Source: an uncultured Mariniplasma sp. (GTDB lineage Bacteria > Bacillota_I > Bacilli_A > Acholeplasmatales > Acholeplasmataceae). From it: a stretch of 64,000 nucleotides of DNA. The position numbers and the translations under genes are program-made. Positions 47,901 through 56,203 of the stretch are shown in pieces. The stretch spans positions 8,390 through 72,389 of the forward strand of contig CAZZMZ010000001.1 of assembly GCA_964655445.1 (NCBI GenBank), given 5' to 3'. The notes under the pieces are model-generated. The model was given only the letters and a program-made list of their open reading frames with translations. It made no database searches and had not been told where the DNA came from. Every line of letters starts with the position of its first letter. Position 1 is the stretch's first letter.

Positions 47901-49758
47901 TGACTTATTTGAACCTGTAGATGATAGACCATATGAAGCATTTGATATGTGGTATGAAGATGAAGAAAGAACCATACCATTCAATCCAGAAACAGCTTAT
48001 GATGGCATGAGTTTATTTGCACAATGGGTACCAACACATTATCTTATTACTTTTGAAATGGGATATGAAGAAGAACCACTAGATCCAATCTATGTTGAAA
48101 TGGATATGATACCTACGCAACCTATGGTGTATGATAAAGAACATTATGTATTAAGTGGTTGGTATTATTATGATAGTGAATATAATTATTACACCTATGA
48201 CTTTACAACCGCACTTAACCAACATGTAACACTTTATCCAATTTGGGTTAATGTACAATATGATGTTGAATTTGTTTTCGATTTAGTAGAATCGACAGAA
48301 ATCGTGAAAGCTTCATCATTTATGGAACTTCAGTATCTTTCATTTGATGCACCACAAGGCTATGAAGTCATTGGAATTTATCTAGATGAAGCTATGACAA
48401 TACCGGTAGATATGGAACAAGAAGTTCTAAGTAATCTAACGCTTTATGTCATGCTAGAACCTATAACATTTGATATCTATTATTATCAAGATAACGAAGA
48501 GATTGTATTTGATCAAATCTTTATGGCAGGGACTTCATATTATGGCGTAACAAGTGATGGACGCATCTTTGCTTGGGGCTATAATAACAATGGTAGCTTA
48601 GGCATTGGCTTTGCTGATCTGTATTTTGTTAACACACCATTTGAAGTTACAGACTTATTTAATCTTGGTGTGGGTGAAACTATTATAAACATTTATGGTG
48701 AAAATGGTTCAACAAAAGTTCTAGTGACCAGTGAAGGTAGAGTCTTTATGTGGGGTTATCCAGATACAGATGATTTATACTATCAAACACCACAAGACAT
48801 CACGATGGTTCTTGACTTATCCATCACTGATGAAATAGTCTATGTAAATCCAAGCTGGAGTAACACGTTATTTATCACATTAGAAGGTGATTTAATCTTC
48901 TTTGAATACTATAATGAAGCAAGAACCACTTTTGACACAGGTAACACCTTTGGTGATGTATTATTCGCTTCTAATTTTGGACCAAACAAGTGGATCGTGA
49001 TTGAAAAGGATGCTATAAGAGTTTATGCACTCGATCACAACATGATGCAAGCTACACTTGATATGGATTATACATCTCTATTAAATGGTGGCATGATTGT
49101 TGGCAATGCCTTTGATTATGAAACATATAGTTATGAGTTTTATTATACGGATCAAGGCGATATCATTAGATTCAGTGAATGGATGTATGTGGTTGAATCA
49201 CATGGATCTATCACGTTAAATCCTGCTGAACTTATCACGAGTGTTTTCGATGACTTTGGCACACTTTATTTCTTGACATCAGAAGATAGATTATTATACA
49301 AATCACTTTCCGATAGTGGTGTTGTTGATCTTTCAGTATTAGCGATAGATGAATTTATTATAGGCTACCATCAAGGCAACTTCATTACTAATATTGGCGC
49401 TGGGTATGTCGTAAACATGGCATATGAGCTTGAATTTACGTCCACTTATTTTGATGTAGCTAATCCTACTGAAATCGTTGGATTGATTGTAATCGAGTAC
49501 TTTGCATATGGTATAACAAGTGATGGCGATATTGTAAAACCATATCAACCTGGCGCACCAGTATTAAGTTTTACTATAGGTACAAACCTAATTATTGAAC
49601 AAACAACGTTTGGTGAGGTTTATGAATATCTCGTGCCAGATGAAAGAGTAGGCTATGTCTTTGAAGGCTGGTATACTGCAACAGACTTTATGTTCATCGT
49701 GTTTGAAGAACCATATTCAGATATGATTCTTTATGCGAAATGGACAGCACTTGAGTAG
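44995..49758 (+). CDS. Large surface lipoprotein: Ig-like domain, InlB B-repeats (Listeria-Bacteroides repeats) and two RCC1-like regions
   Basis: Lipobox IAAC; ITWSSNN...GVVTRP Ig-like domain; repeated VTF..NGG...P.R.GY.F.GWY...LYAKW; GRGDNGFGQLA and AWGYNNNGSLG RCC1-like motifs. Confidence 0.85.
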   Translation: MRTKIALLLMSVLTMLFIAACFPGEQTLITEAILAEIDSEIGLPAETETNLTLKDSMIVLEIDFDITWSSNNTAVISNAGVVTRPSAETGNVTVVMTATLTQADQEEEPLIITRTYNVIVIALPQVTFTVTFNSNGGSVVANVIANQGATISAPTAPTRAGYTFDGWYKEASLTTPWNFETDTVTAQTTLYAKWVAIVTYTVTFDPNNGSNTFTQTIAQGGFATAPTAPVKPGYQFTNWQTTIGTVWNFTTNAVNANITLIAQYDIITYTITYVIPEEAELSMTGITSFNVNTLVDDLGSAYLENHEFLGWFTEATGGTQVTGYPVGTVGNKTLYAQFEEDEKYTVTFNDNNGNLNDVELYYGYVDEPDDPIRTGYEFFGWYKDVELTMLYDFEFDIVSEDITLYAKWDVITYTITYDTNFGMHDTTKTTYTVNTPTFNLDPATKDGYLFLGWFTEAMAGVEIDEIQLGSTGNLMLYARFEAITYTITFDANGGTVDPLSINYTIETPTFSLPLPVKENYFFDGWLSDLDEHIYSDIEIGSMFNATFTAVWVEIIEINFYDYMQVDASYYESIYFDGMFTEYVIYEDELYGRGDNGFGQLANGSNMPSENWIHMTPLFGLAPDEYIVNFKLNAPTFIVVTSQNRILVWGFMGYDMELEPIFEFSPVDLTSSFELDNEDVIYIAHLFFTILVQTSDHRIISLKDGIITDITPVLNELEFIEFVPVFGGGELTDSNVIFTGERIFMFPIFGGNEFIDMTSYFALEETEEMLAIFTQGIGIHMITTDYYRFAQLPENEEDPVIQISLTIDLSLNEGEVILDTFGGGGFVTSEKRIFLPVYIIDNEEDEFPSMVKFVDVTSELGLEIGEEIEATFNPVFILTTFGRLLLLMPDENFTTDPMSMPFFELYEIDTTSLEENEFIISASFANGNPIILSNLGAYSLEMTMEGVYLDKIQLSVTGLIYTGYYPLNQLDLFEPVDDRPYEAFDMWYEDEERTIPFNPETAYDGMSLFAQWVPTHYLITFEMGYEEEPLDPIYVEMDMIPTQPMVYDKEHYVLSGWYYYDSEYNYYTYDFTTALNQHVTLYPIWVNVQYDVEFVFDLVESTEIVKASSFMELQYLSFDAPQGYEVIGIYLDEAMTIPVDMEQEVLSNLTLYVMLEPITFDIYYYQDNEEIVFDQIFMAGTSYYGVTSDGRIFAWGYNNNGSLGIGFADLYFVNTPFEVTDLFNLGVGETIINIYGENGSTKVLVTSEGRVFMWGYPDTDDLYYQTPQDITMVLDLSITDEIVYVNPSWSNTLFITLEGDLIFFEYYNEARTTFDTGNTFGDVLFASNFGPNKWIVIEKDAIRVYALDHNMMQATLDMDYTSLLNGGMIVGNAFDYETYSYEFYYTDQGDIIRFSEWMYVVESHGSITLNPAELITSVFDDFGTLYFLTSEDRLLYKSLSDSGVVDLSVLAIDEFIIGYHQGNFITNIGAGYVVNMAYELEFTSTYFDVANPTEIVGLIVIEYFAYGITSDGDIVKPYQPGAPVLSFTIGTNLIIEQTTFGEVYEYLVPDERVGYVFEGWYTATDFMFIVFEEPYSDMILYAKWTALE

Positions 49759-49777
49759 TTATTTAAGCTTATAAATC

Positions 49778-49814
49778 AAAAAGGATAGACACAACATTGT
49801 GCCTATCCTTTTTT
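49778..49814. terminator. Bidirectional terminator between convergent genes
   Basis: AAAAAGGATAGACACAA-ca-TTGTGCCTATCCTTTTT. Confidence 0.75.
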
Positions 49815-51023
49815 CTATACACCTAGTTTAATAATTTCTATAAAAATCTGAACCGCTTTTCTCATTTGATTAATTGATGCAAACTCATATCTACCATGAA
49901 ATTGGAAACCACCAGTACCAATATTTGGACAAATAAGTCCTTCATAAGTTAGACGTGCACCATCTGTACCGCCACGGATTGCTTTAAAGAATGGCGTTAA
50001 GCCAGCATTATGAATCGCTTTTTCAGCTAAATCAATCACATACATATGATTTTTAATCACTTCATACATATTATAATACGTATCTTTTAACTTTAAAGAG
50101 ACAGCTTCATAACCATAAGATGCATTTAAATATGCTGTGATCTTTTCAAAGTTTGATTTTTGAGCCTTAAACTTATCCATGTTGTGATTACGAATAATAT
50201 AATGAGAAGTTGCTTTTTCAACTTGACCATGTATTTCAGTTAAATGATTGAAGCCCTCATGGCCTTCAGTAAATGCTGGATTTTCAAATGTGGGTAGCAT
50301 GCTATGAAACGTCATCGCAATGTGCATCGCGTTTACAAGTTTCTCTTTTGCAGAGCCTGGGTGGATGCTTTTTCCAATGAAGGTTAAGTCAGCAGAAGCA
50401 GCGTTAAAATTCTCAAATTCAATACCACCTACTTCATCTCCATCTGCTGTATAAGCAAAATCAGCTTTAAACCAGTCATAATTAAAATGATCAGCACCTT
50501 CACCAATTTCTTCATCAGGTGTAAAGCAAATATAAATATCACCATGTTTTACTTCAGGATGCTCCACAAAATAAGTGATCGTTTCCATGATTTCAGCGAC
50601 ACCACACTTATCGTCTGCACCAAGGAGTGTGTTACCATCAGTGACAATAATATCATCACCAATGACTTTCTTTAATGATGGGAAGTGTTTAGGCTCCATG
50701 GATAAGGAATCATTTAATGTAATGAGCCCGCCATCATAGTTTTTAATGATTCTGGGATTCACATCTTTACCTGGAGCATCAGGTGATGTATCTACGTGTG
50801 CAATGAGACCAATACTTTTAGCACCCTCAACATTTTTTTCCAATTTAGCGTATACATAACCATAATCATCCATGAAACCATTTAAACCAATCTCATTTAA
50901 TTCTTTAACCAAAAGACGAGATAAGTCCTTTTGTTTTTCAGTAGATGGGTGCTTTCCTGATTTATGATCAGATTGCGTATCAATTTTGACATATCTTAAA
51001 AAACGTTCTACAAGTCTATCCAT
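49815..51023 (-). CDS. pepT: Peptidase T (tripeptide aminopeptidase)
   Basis: ERFLRYVKIDTQS, IAHVDTS, TLLGADDK, FTPDEEIG, HPGSAK, IRGGTDGA, FHGRYE. Confidence 0.96.
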   Translation of the reverse strand: MDRLVERFLRYVKIDTQSDHKSGKHPSTEKQKDLSRLLVKELNEIGLNGFMDDYGYVYAKLEKNVEGAKSIGLIAHVDTSPDAPGKDVNPRIIKNYDGGLITLNDSLSMEPKHFPSLKKVIGDDIIVTDGNTLLGADDKCGVAEIMETITYFVEHPEVKHGDIYICFTPDEEIGEGADHFNYDWFKADFAYTADGDEVGGIEFENFNAASADLTFIGKSIHPGSAKEKLVNAMHIAMTFHSMLPTFENPAFTEGHEGFNHLTEIHGQVEKATSHYIIRNHNMDKFKAQKSNFEKITAYLNASYGYEAVSLKLKDTYYNMYEVIKNHMYVIDLAEKAIHNAGLTPFFKAIRGGTDGARLTYEGLICPNIGTGGFQFHGRYEFASINQMRKAVQIFIEIIKLGV

Positions 51024-51144
51024 TGTTTATACCTTCTTTCTATATCTTATAGTTATTATAACGCAAAAAATGAACATTTTCCATGAATAAATCAATAAAA
51101 TTAATCACGAAATCAATTTTTTTAATTAAAATGCATTAAAAGTG

Positions 51145-51173
51145 TTGACAAAATCAATTTGAATGAATATAAT
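51145..51173 (+). promoter_or_regulatory. Consensus sigma-A promoter of the DUF2089 operon
   Basis: TTGACA-N17-TATAAT, perfect match. Confidence 0.85.
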
Positions 51174-51214
51174 TAAGGTATCACTTAAAAAAATTAATCA
51201 AAGGTGGTGTTAAA

Positions 51215-51568
51215 ATGACAAAATATGAAGTGCTTCATCAAATTGAGTCAAAAGAGCTTTCTCCCAAAAAAGCTTACAACATGATTTATAAGAAGCCCAA
51301 GGAGCGTAAACCAAGACGAGCAAGCTTTGTTAAAGCAAGCATACGTATTCCTGATCAAAAAGGTGTGAATCTTTTACTCAGCGTATTACTCATTTTACCG
51401 CTTCCCATTTTCCTGATTCGATGGATCATGAAAAAAAGACAAAGCATTAAAATAAGTGATGAAATTGAAATTGGAGCTAATGAACTGATTAGCTTAATCG
51501 CAGTCAAAGGTGTTAAAGTATTTGTTACAACCAAAACAAACGAGAAAATTAGTCTAAGAACTATATAA
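51215..51568 (+). CDS. Small protein with N-terminal SHOCT-like motif and central hydrophobic segment
   Basis: EVLHQIESKELSPKKAY; LLLSVLLILPLPIFLI; AAGGTGG SD. Confidence 0.75.
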   Translation: MTKYEVLHQIESKELSPKKAYNMIYKKPKERKPRRASFVKASIRIPDQKGVNLLLSVLLILPLPIFLIRWIMKKRQSIKISDEIEIGANELISLIAVKGVKVFVTTKTNEKISLRTI

Positions 51569-51582
51569 AAGGAGCGTTAAAT

Positions 51583-52020
51583 ATGAATCTAAAAACAAAG
51601 ATATACCCAGTATTATCAACTTGCCCTGTATGTAAACATGATTTAAAAGTTGTTAAATTGCATTGTGATCATTGTGATACAACCGTCGATGGTACATTCA
51701 CATTATCAAAATTTAACTACTTAGAAACAGAAAAGTTATATTTTATTGAAGTATTTATTAAAAACAGAGGTAACATTAAGGCCATCGAAAAAGAACTTAA
51801 TATTAGTTACCCAACTGTTAAAAAAATGTTAGATGAGGTCATCGTAGGTCTTGGCTACTCAGTAGATGACGATGAAGATGTTTTCAAAGATCCGTTTAAA
51901 GATAAGGAAAAAGAAAAACAAGAACAAGAAAAAACCATTAAACAATCGATCTTAGATAAAATTGAGAAGGGCGAAATGAAAGTACAAGATGCCCTAGAGT
52001 TTCTTAAAAAGAAATCATAA
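51583..52020 (+). CDS. DUF2089 family protein (Zn ribbon + HTH + SHOCT-like tail)
   Basis: CPVC...CDHC, FIKNRGNIKAIEKELNISYPTV, ILDKIEKGEMKVQDALEFL. Confidence 0.85.
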   Translation: MNLKTKIYPVLSTCPVCKHDLKVVKLHCDHCDTTVDGTFTLSKFNYLETEKLYFIEVFIKNRGNIKAIEKELNISYPTVKKMLDEVIVGLGYSVDDDEDVFKDPFKDKEKEKQEQEKTIKQSILDKIEKGEMKVQDALEFLKKKS

Positions 52021-52035
52021 AAAGAGGTGAATGAC

Positions 52036-52422
52036 ATGTCAAAAGAACAATTAAGAGATGAAAGAATCAAAATTTTAGATTTGCTTGCTAAAGGTGTCAT
52101 CACAGCTGATGAAGCTGAAAAGCTTCTACAAGCCATGGATAAGAGTGAACCAAGCCCACAACAAGAAGTGGTCTTTAACCAAAAGAAAACACCATTTAGA
52201 ATGTTAAGAATCTATGTTGACTCAAACGATGGAGATAAAGTAAGAATTCAAATTCCAATTGAATTTGCAAAATTACTTAAGACTCAAAAGTTTAATGCAA
52301 ACTTAAGAGATAATGACATCGATATTGATGCATTATTAGAAATGATCAATCAAGGTTTTACAGGTGAACTCGTCAATGTTGTCTCAGGTGATGGTGACAT
52401 TGTTAAAATCGTGGTAGAATAA
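52036..52422 (+). CDS. SHOCT-like domain protein (YvlB N-terminus-like)
   Basis: ERIKILDLLAKGVITADEAEKLL; AGAGGTGA SD before ATG 52036. Confidence 0.8.
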   Translation: MSKEQLRDERIKILDLLAKGVITADEAEKLLQAMDKSEPSPQQEVVFNQKKTPFRMLRIYVDSNDGDKVRIQIPIEFAKLLKTQKFNANLRDNDIDIDALLEMINQGFTGELVNVVSGDGDIVKIVVE

Positions 52423-52439
52423 TTTAGATGAGAAATAAA

Positions 52440-52466
52440 AGTAGAGCGCAACAATTGCGCTCTACT
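52440..52466. other. Perfect 12-bp hairpin in the intergenic region
   Basis: AGTAGAGCGCAA-caa-TTGCGCTCTACT; no U tract on + strand. Confidence 0.8.
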
Positions 52467-52513
52467 AAAACTTATGTATTTTTCTATGCATAGCAACCAA
52501 GAAGGAGAACTTT

Positions 52514-54292
52514 ATGTTACTAACTAAGCACTTTAGAAAGTACTACCTAAAGTACAGTTTATTTTTTATTTTAGGTGCTACTGTCTTAGTCCTAGTTGAC
52601 TGGTATCAATTAGATATTCCAAGGCTGGTAGGTGGAATTATTGATGCTCTTAAGAGCGAAAATCCAGATGAAACACTCATCAGGGATTCCATTTATCGTA
52701 TTGGTGTATTAGCATTTGGTATTACACTAGGACGTTTTTTATGGCGTTACACCATATTTGGTGCATCAAGACGTATTGAGTTTCATTTAAGAAACACGAT
52801 GTTTGGACACGCAACCAAACTACAGCAAAGTTTTTATAGTCAAGAAAAAGTTGGGGGTTTAATGACTTATTTCATCAATGACCTAGAAGCTGTTCGGATG
52901 TCTTTTGGTCCAGGTATTTTAATGCTTGTTGATGGTCTGACTTTAGGTGGTTTTGCACTTTATAGAATGGCAAGACTAAATCGTGAATTAACGCTTTATG
53001 CTGCGATTCCTATGCTTATTCTAACGATTGCTTTAGTCTTCATTAGAAAGAAGATTACAGCACGCTTTAAAGAGCGTCAAGATGCATTTGAAAAGCTATC
53101 AGATTTCACTCAAGAAAATTTTTCTGGCATTACAGTCATTAAAGCTTTCGTGCGTGAAATGAAGGAAGCCATGTTTTTTTCAAGAAAAAATCTAGTTCTT
53201 TATGATAAGAATATATCATTTGTTAAATTTATTATTGTGATTAATATCGCAATCGGTATTGCACTTAACGCAGTTATTATGTTGATTGTAGCGTATGGAT
53301 CATTCCTAGTAATTAACATTGATCAAACAGGATTTACAACGGGACAACTCACTGAATATATTGCATATTTCTTTTCACTCATTTGGCCAACCATGGCACT
53401 TTCTCAATTTATTAATATTCAAAGTCAAGCCAAAGCTTCTGCAATCCGTATCGAAAAATTTCTAAATACAGAAGTTGAAGTTAAAGATCAAGAAGGTGCG
53501 ATTGTTAAAGAAGACCTTAAGGGTACACTCAAGGTGAAGAACCTTACCTTTAAATATCCAGATGGGGATCAACCTGTTTTGAAAAATGTATCATTTGATA
53601 TTAAAGCTGGAGAAATGGTCGGTATTTTAGGACGCACCGGATCGGGCAAATCAAGTCTTGTAGATTTATTCTTAAGAACATACAATCTAGAAAAAGATCA
53701 AATCTTTTTAGATGGATACGATATTATGGATTTATCGATCAAATCAGTAAGACACACCATGGGATATGTCCCACAAGATAATTTCCTTTTCTCTGATACA
53801 ATCACAAATAATATCGGTTTTTCAATGGATGAACCTAAAGAAAGTGATGTCATTGAACCTGCTAAACTATCTGACGTTTATGAAAATATCATGGAGTTCA
53901 AGGATCAATTTGAAACCATTTTAGGTGAGCGTGGTGTAACTGTCTCAGGTGGTCAAAAGCAAAGAATATCCATCGCTCGTGCACTCGCTAAAGATCCTGA
54001 AATACTTATTTTAGATGATTCAGTATCTGCAGTGGACACAAAAACTGAAGAAGCGATTATCAAAAACTTACATAAGATTAGAAAAGGTCGAACCACGATA
54101 TTTATTGCTCATCGTATATCGACTGTTAAAAAGATGGATAAGATCATACTACTCGATCAAGGTGAATTGGTTGCCATTGGCTCACATAAAGAGCTTATGA
54201 AAACATCACCACTTTATCAAGATATGGTTAGACGTCAACAACTCGAAAATCTCGTTCAAGGAGGTGACCTAAATGAAGGACTTCAAGGATAA
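52514..54292 (+). CDS. ABC exporter permease/ATP-binding subunit (YheI/BmrC-like)
   Basis: GRTGSGKS, VSGGQ, LILDDS (degenerate). Confidence 0.9.
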   Translation: MLLTKHFRKYYLKYSLFFILGATVLVLVDWYQLDIPRLVGGIIDALKSENPDETLIRDSIYRIGVLAFGITLGRFLWRYTIFGASRRIEFHLRNTMFGHATKLQQSFYSQEKVGGLMTYFINDLEAVRMSFGPGILMLVDGLTLGGFALYRMARLNRELTLYAAIPMLILTIALVFIRKKITARFKERQDAFEKLSDFTQENFSGITVIKAFVREMKEAMFFSRKNLVLYDKNISFVKFIIVINIAIGIALNAVIMLIVAYGSFLVINIDQTGFTTGQLTEYIAYFFSLIWPTMALSQFINIQSQAKASAIRIEKFLNTEVEVKDQEGAIVKEDLKGTLKVKNLTFKYPDGDQPVLKNVSFDIKAGEMVGILGRTGSGKSSLVDLFLRTYNLEKDQIFLDGYDIMDLSIKSVRHTMGYVPQDNFLFSDTITNNIGFSMDEPKESDVIEPAKLSDVYENIMEFKDQFETILGERGVTVSGGQKQRISIARALAKDPEILILDDSVSAVDTKTEEAIIKNLHKIRKGRTTIFIAHRISTVKKMDKIILLDQGELVAIGSHKELMKTSPLYQDMVRRQQLENLVQGGDLNEGLQG

Positions 54293-56093
54293 TACCCGTG
54301 AACGTAGTGATAAAGAAGTCATTAGAAGACTGATTGGATATGTAAAGCCTTATAAAAAAGAGTTTATCATCATTATTTTCATGATGCTCATAGGTTTAGG
54401 TATACAACTTTTACCACCATTACTTATTGGCTTTACAGTAGATACAGTAGGTAGCAATGTATTAACAAGCTCAGAAAAAGCCATTCGTATCATCACTTTA
54501 CTCTCTGTTTTCTTTTTGATTTTGATTATTAGTAATATTATTCAATATTTTCAAAGCATCATGCTCCAAAAGGTAGGTCAAAAAACGGTTGTAACATTAA
54601 GAGATGAAGTTTTTAATCACATTGAAAACTTATCGATAGGTCAAATCAATCAAGTGCCTGTTGGAAAACTAGTTACGAGAGTGACAAACGATACAAACAC
54701 CATTTCAGAAATGTATACCAATGTAGCTGTTAATCTTATTAAAAATGTTTTATATTTAGTAGCGATTATCATCGTTATCTTTACAATTAGCATAAAATTA
54801 TCACTCTATGTCATGCTTGTAGTACCTGTTGTATTTGCAGCAACGGTCATCTTTAGAAAGTTTTCAAGAGCAAGCTACCGTCGTGTGAGACAAAATGTAT
54901 CCGAAGTCAATGCCTTTTTATCTGAAAACCTATCAGGTATGAAAGTTACTCAAATCTTTAATCAAGAAGATAAGAAAAAACGTGAATTTAAGGATCACAG
55001 TTTAAAACTAAGAAATAGTTACTTAAGAGAAATTCTTGTCTTTGGTATATATCGTCCGGTCGTTTATGCTTTATCCATGTTAGGTATAGTACTTGTTCTA
55101 TGGATAGGGTACCAAGAAGTTATCGCAGGCATCATGACTGCAGGTTTACTATTTAGTTACTATATGTATGTTGGGGATTTCTTTGAACCAATTCAACAGC
55201 TAGCTGAACAATTTAACACACTACAAAGCGCGTTTGCTTCAGCCGAAAAGGTTTTTGATGTGCTAGATACCAAGCCTGATATCATTGATGAAAAAGACGC
55301 GATTGAATTAGAATCTTTTTCAGGTCAAATTGAGTTTAAAGATGTTTGGTTTAGTTATTTACCTGATGAATGGGTATTAAAAGGTGTAAGCTTTAAAGTA
55401 AATCCTGGTGATACCGTAGCATTTGTAGGTGCCACTGGATCCGGTAAAACAACGATATTAGCACTTATTGTTAGAAATTATGAAATTCAAAAAGGTCAAA
55501 TTTTGATTGATGGTATTGATATTAGACATATTAAACGAAGTTCATTAAGAAAACATATAGGACAAATGCTACAAGATGTCTTCTTGTTCAGTGGTTCAAT
55601 TTATGAAAACATTACACTTCGTGATGAAGACATTACTAAAGAAGAAGTGATTGCTGCTTCTGAGTATGTGGGTGCGAATACATTTATTGATCGCTTGCCT
55701 GATGGTTACGAGCATGTTGTATTAGAAAGAGGTAATAACTTTTCATCTGGTCAAAGACAGCTCATCTCGTTTGCACGTGCACTTGTCTATAAACCATCAC
55801 TCATGATCTTAGATGAAGCAACAGCAAATATCGATAGCGAAACAGAAGAACTTATCCAAGCATCCATGGAAAAAATGATGAATATATCAACGATGCTTAT
55901 TGTTGCCCATCGTTTATCAACGATTCAACACGCTGATAAAATCATTGTCATGCAAAAAGGCGAGATTAAAGAAGAAGGCAGCCATCAAGCATTACTCAAG
56001 CTAAAAGGCTTATATTATAACTTATATCAATTGCAATACGAGGAAAAAGATAAAGAAGAAATACAAGAATCTTTAGAGCTTCAAATGGCTTAA
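54273..56093 (+). CDS. ABC exporter permease/ATP-binding subunit (YheH/BmrD-like)
   Basis: GATGSGKT, FSSGQ (degenerate), MILDEA. Confidence 0.9.
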   Translation: MKDFKDNTRERSDKEVIRRLIGYVKPYKKEFIIIIFMMLIGLGIQLLPPLLIGFTVDTVGSNVLTSSEKAIRIITLLSVFFLILIISNIIQYFQSIMLQKVGQKTVVTLRDEVFNHIENLSIGQINQVPVGKLVTRVTNDTNTISEMYTNVAVNLIKNVLYLVAIIIVIFTISIKLSLYVMLVVPVVFAATVIFRKFSRASYRRVRQNVSEVNAFLSENLSGMKVTQIFNQEDKKKREFKDHSLKLRNSYLREILVFGIYRPVVYALSMLGIVLVLWIGYQEVIAGIMTAGLLFSYYMYVGDFFEPIQQLAEQFNTLQSAFASAEKVFDVLDTKPDIIDEKDAIELESFSGQIEFKDVWFSYLPDEWVLKGVSFKVNPGDTVAFVGATGSGKTTILALIVRNYEIQKGQILIDGIDIRHIKRSSLRKHIGQMLQDVFLFSGSIYENITLRDEDITKEEVIAASEYVGANTFIDRLPDGYEHVVLERGNNFSSGQRQLISFARALVYKPSLMILDEATANIDSETEELIQASMEKMMNISTMLIVAHRLSTIQHADKIIVMQKGEIKEEGSHQALLKLKGLYYNLYQLQYEEKDKEEIQESLELQMA

Positions 56094-56109
56094 ATATGTA
56101 AAACTATGG

Positions 56110-56139
56110 AAAAAGGGGATTATCCATCTCCTTTTTCTT
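56110..56139 (+). terminator. Intrinsic terminator
   Basis: AAAAAGGGGAT-tatcc-ATCTCCTTTTT. Confidence 0.65.
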
Positions 56140-56203
56140 CAAATTTTTGTAATTTTAAACATAATTGTTTACAATATAAATAGAGAAATTGAGGAGGAAG
56201 ACT

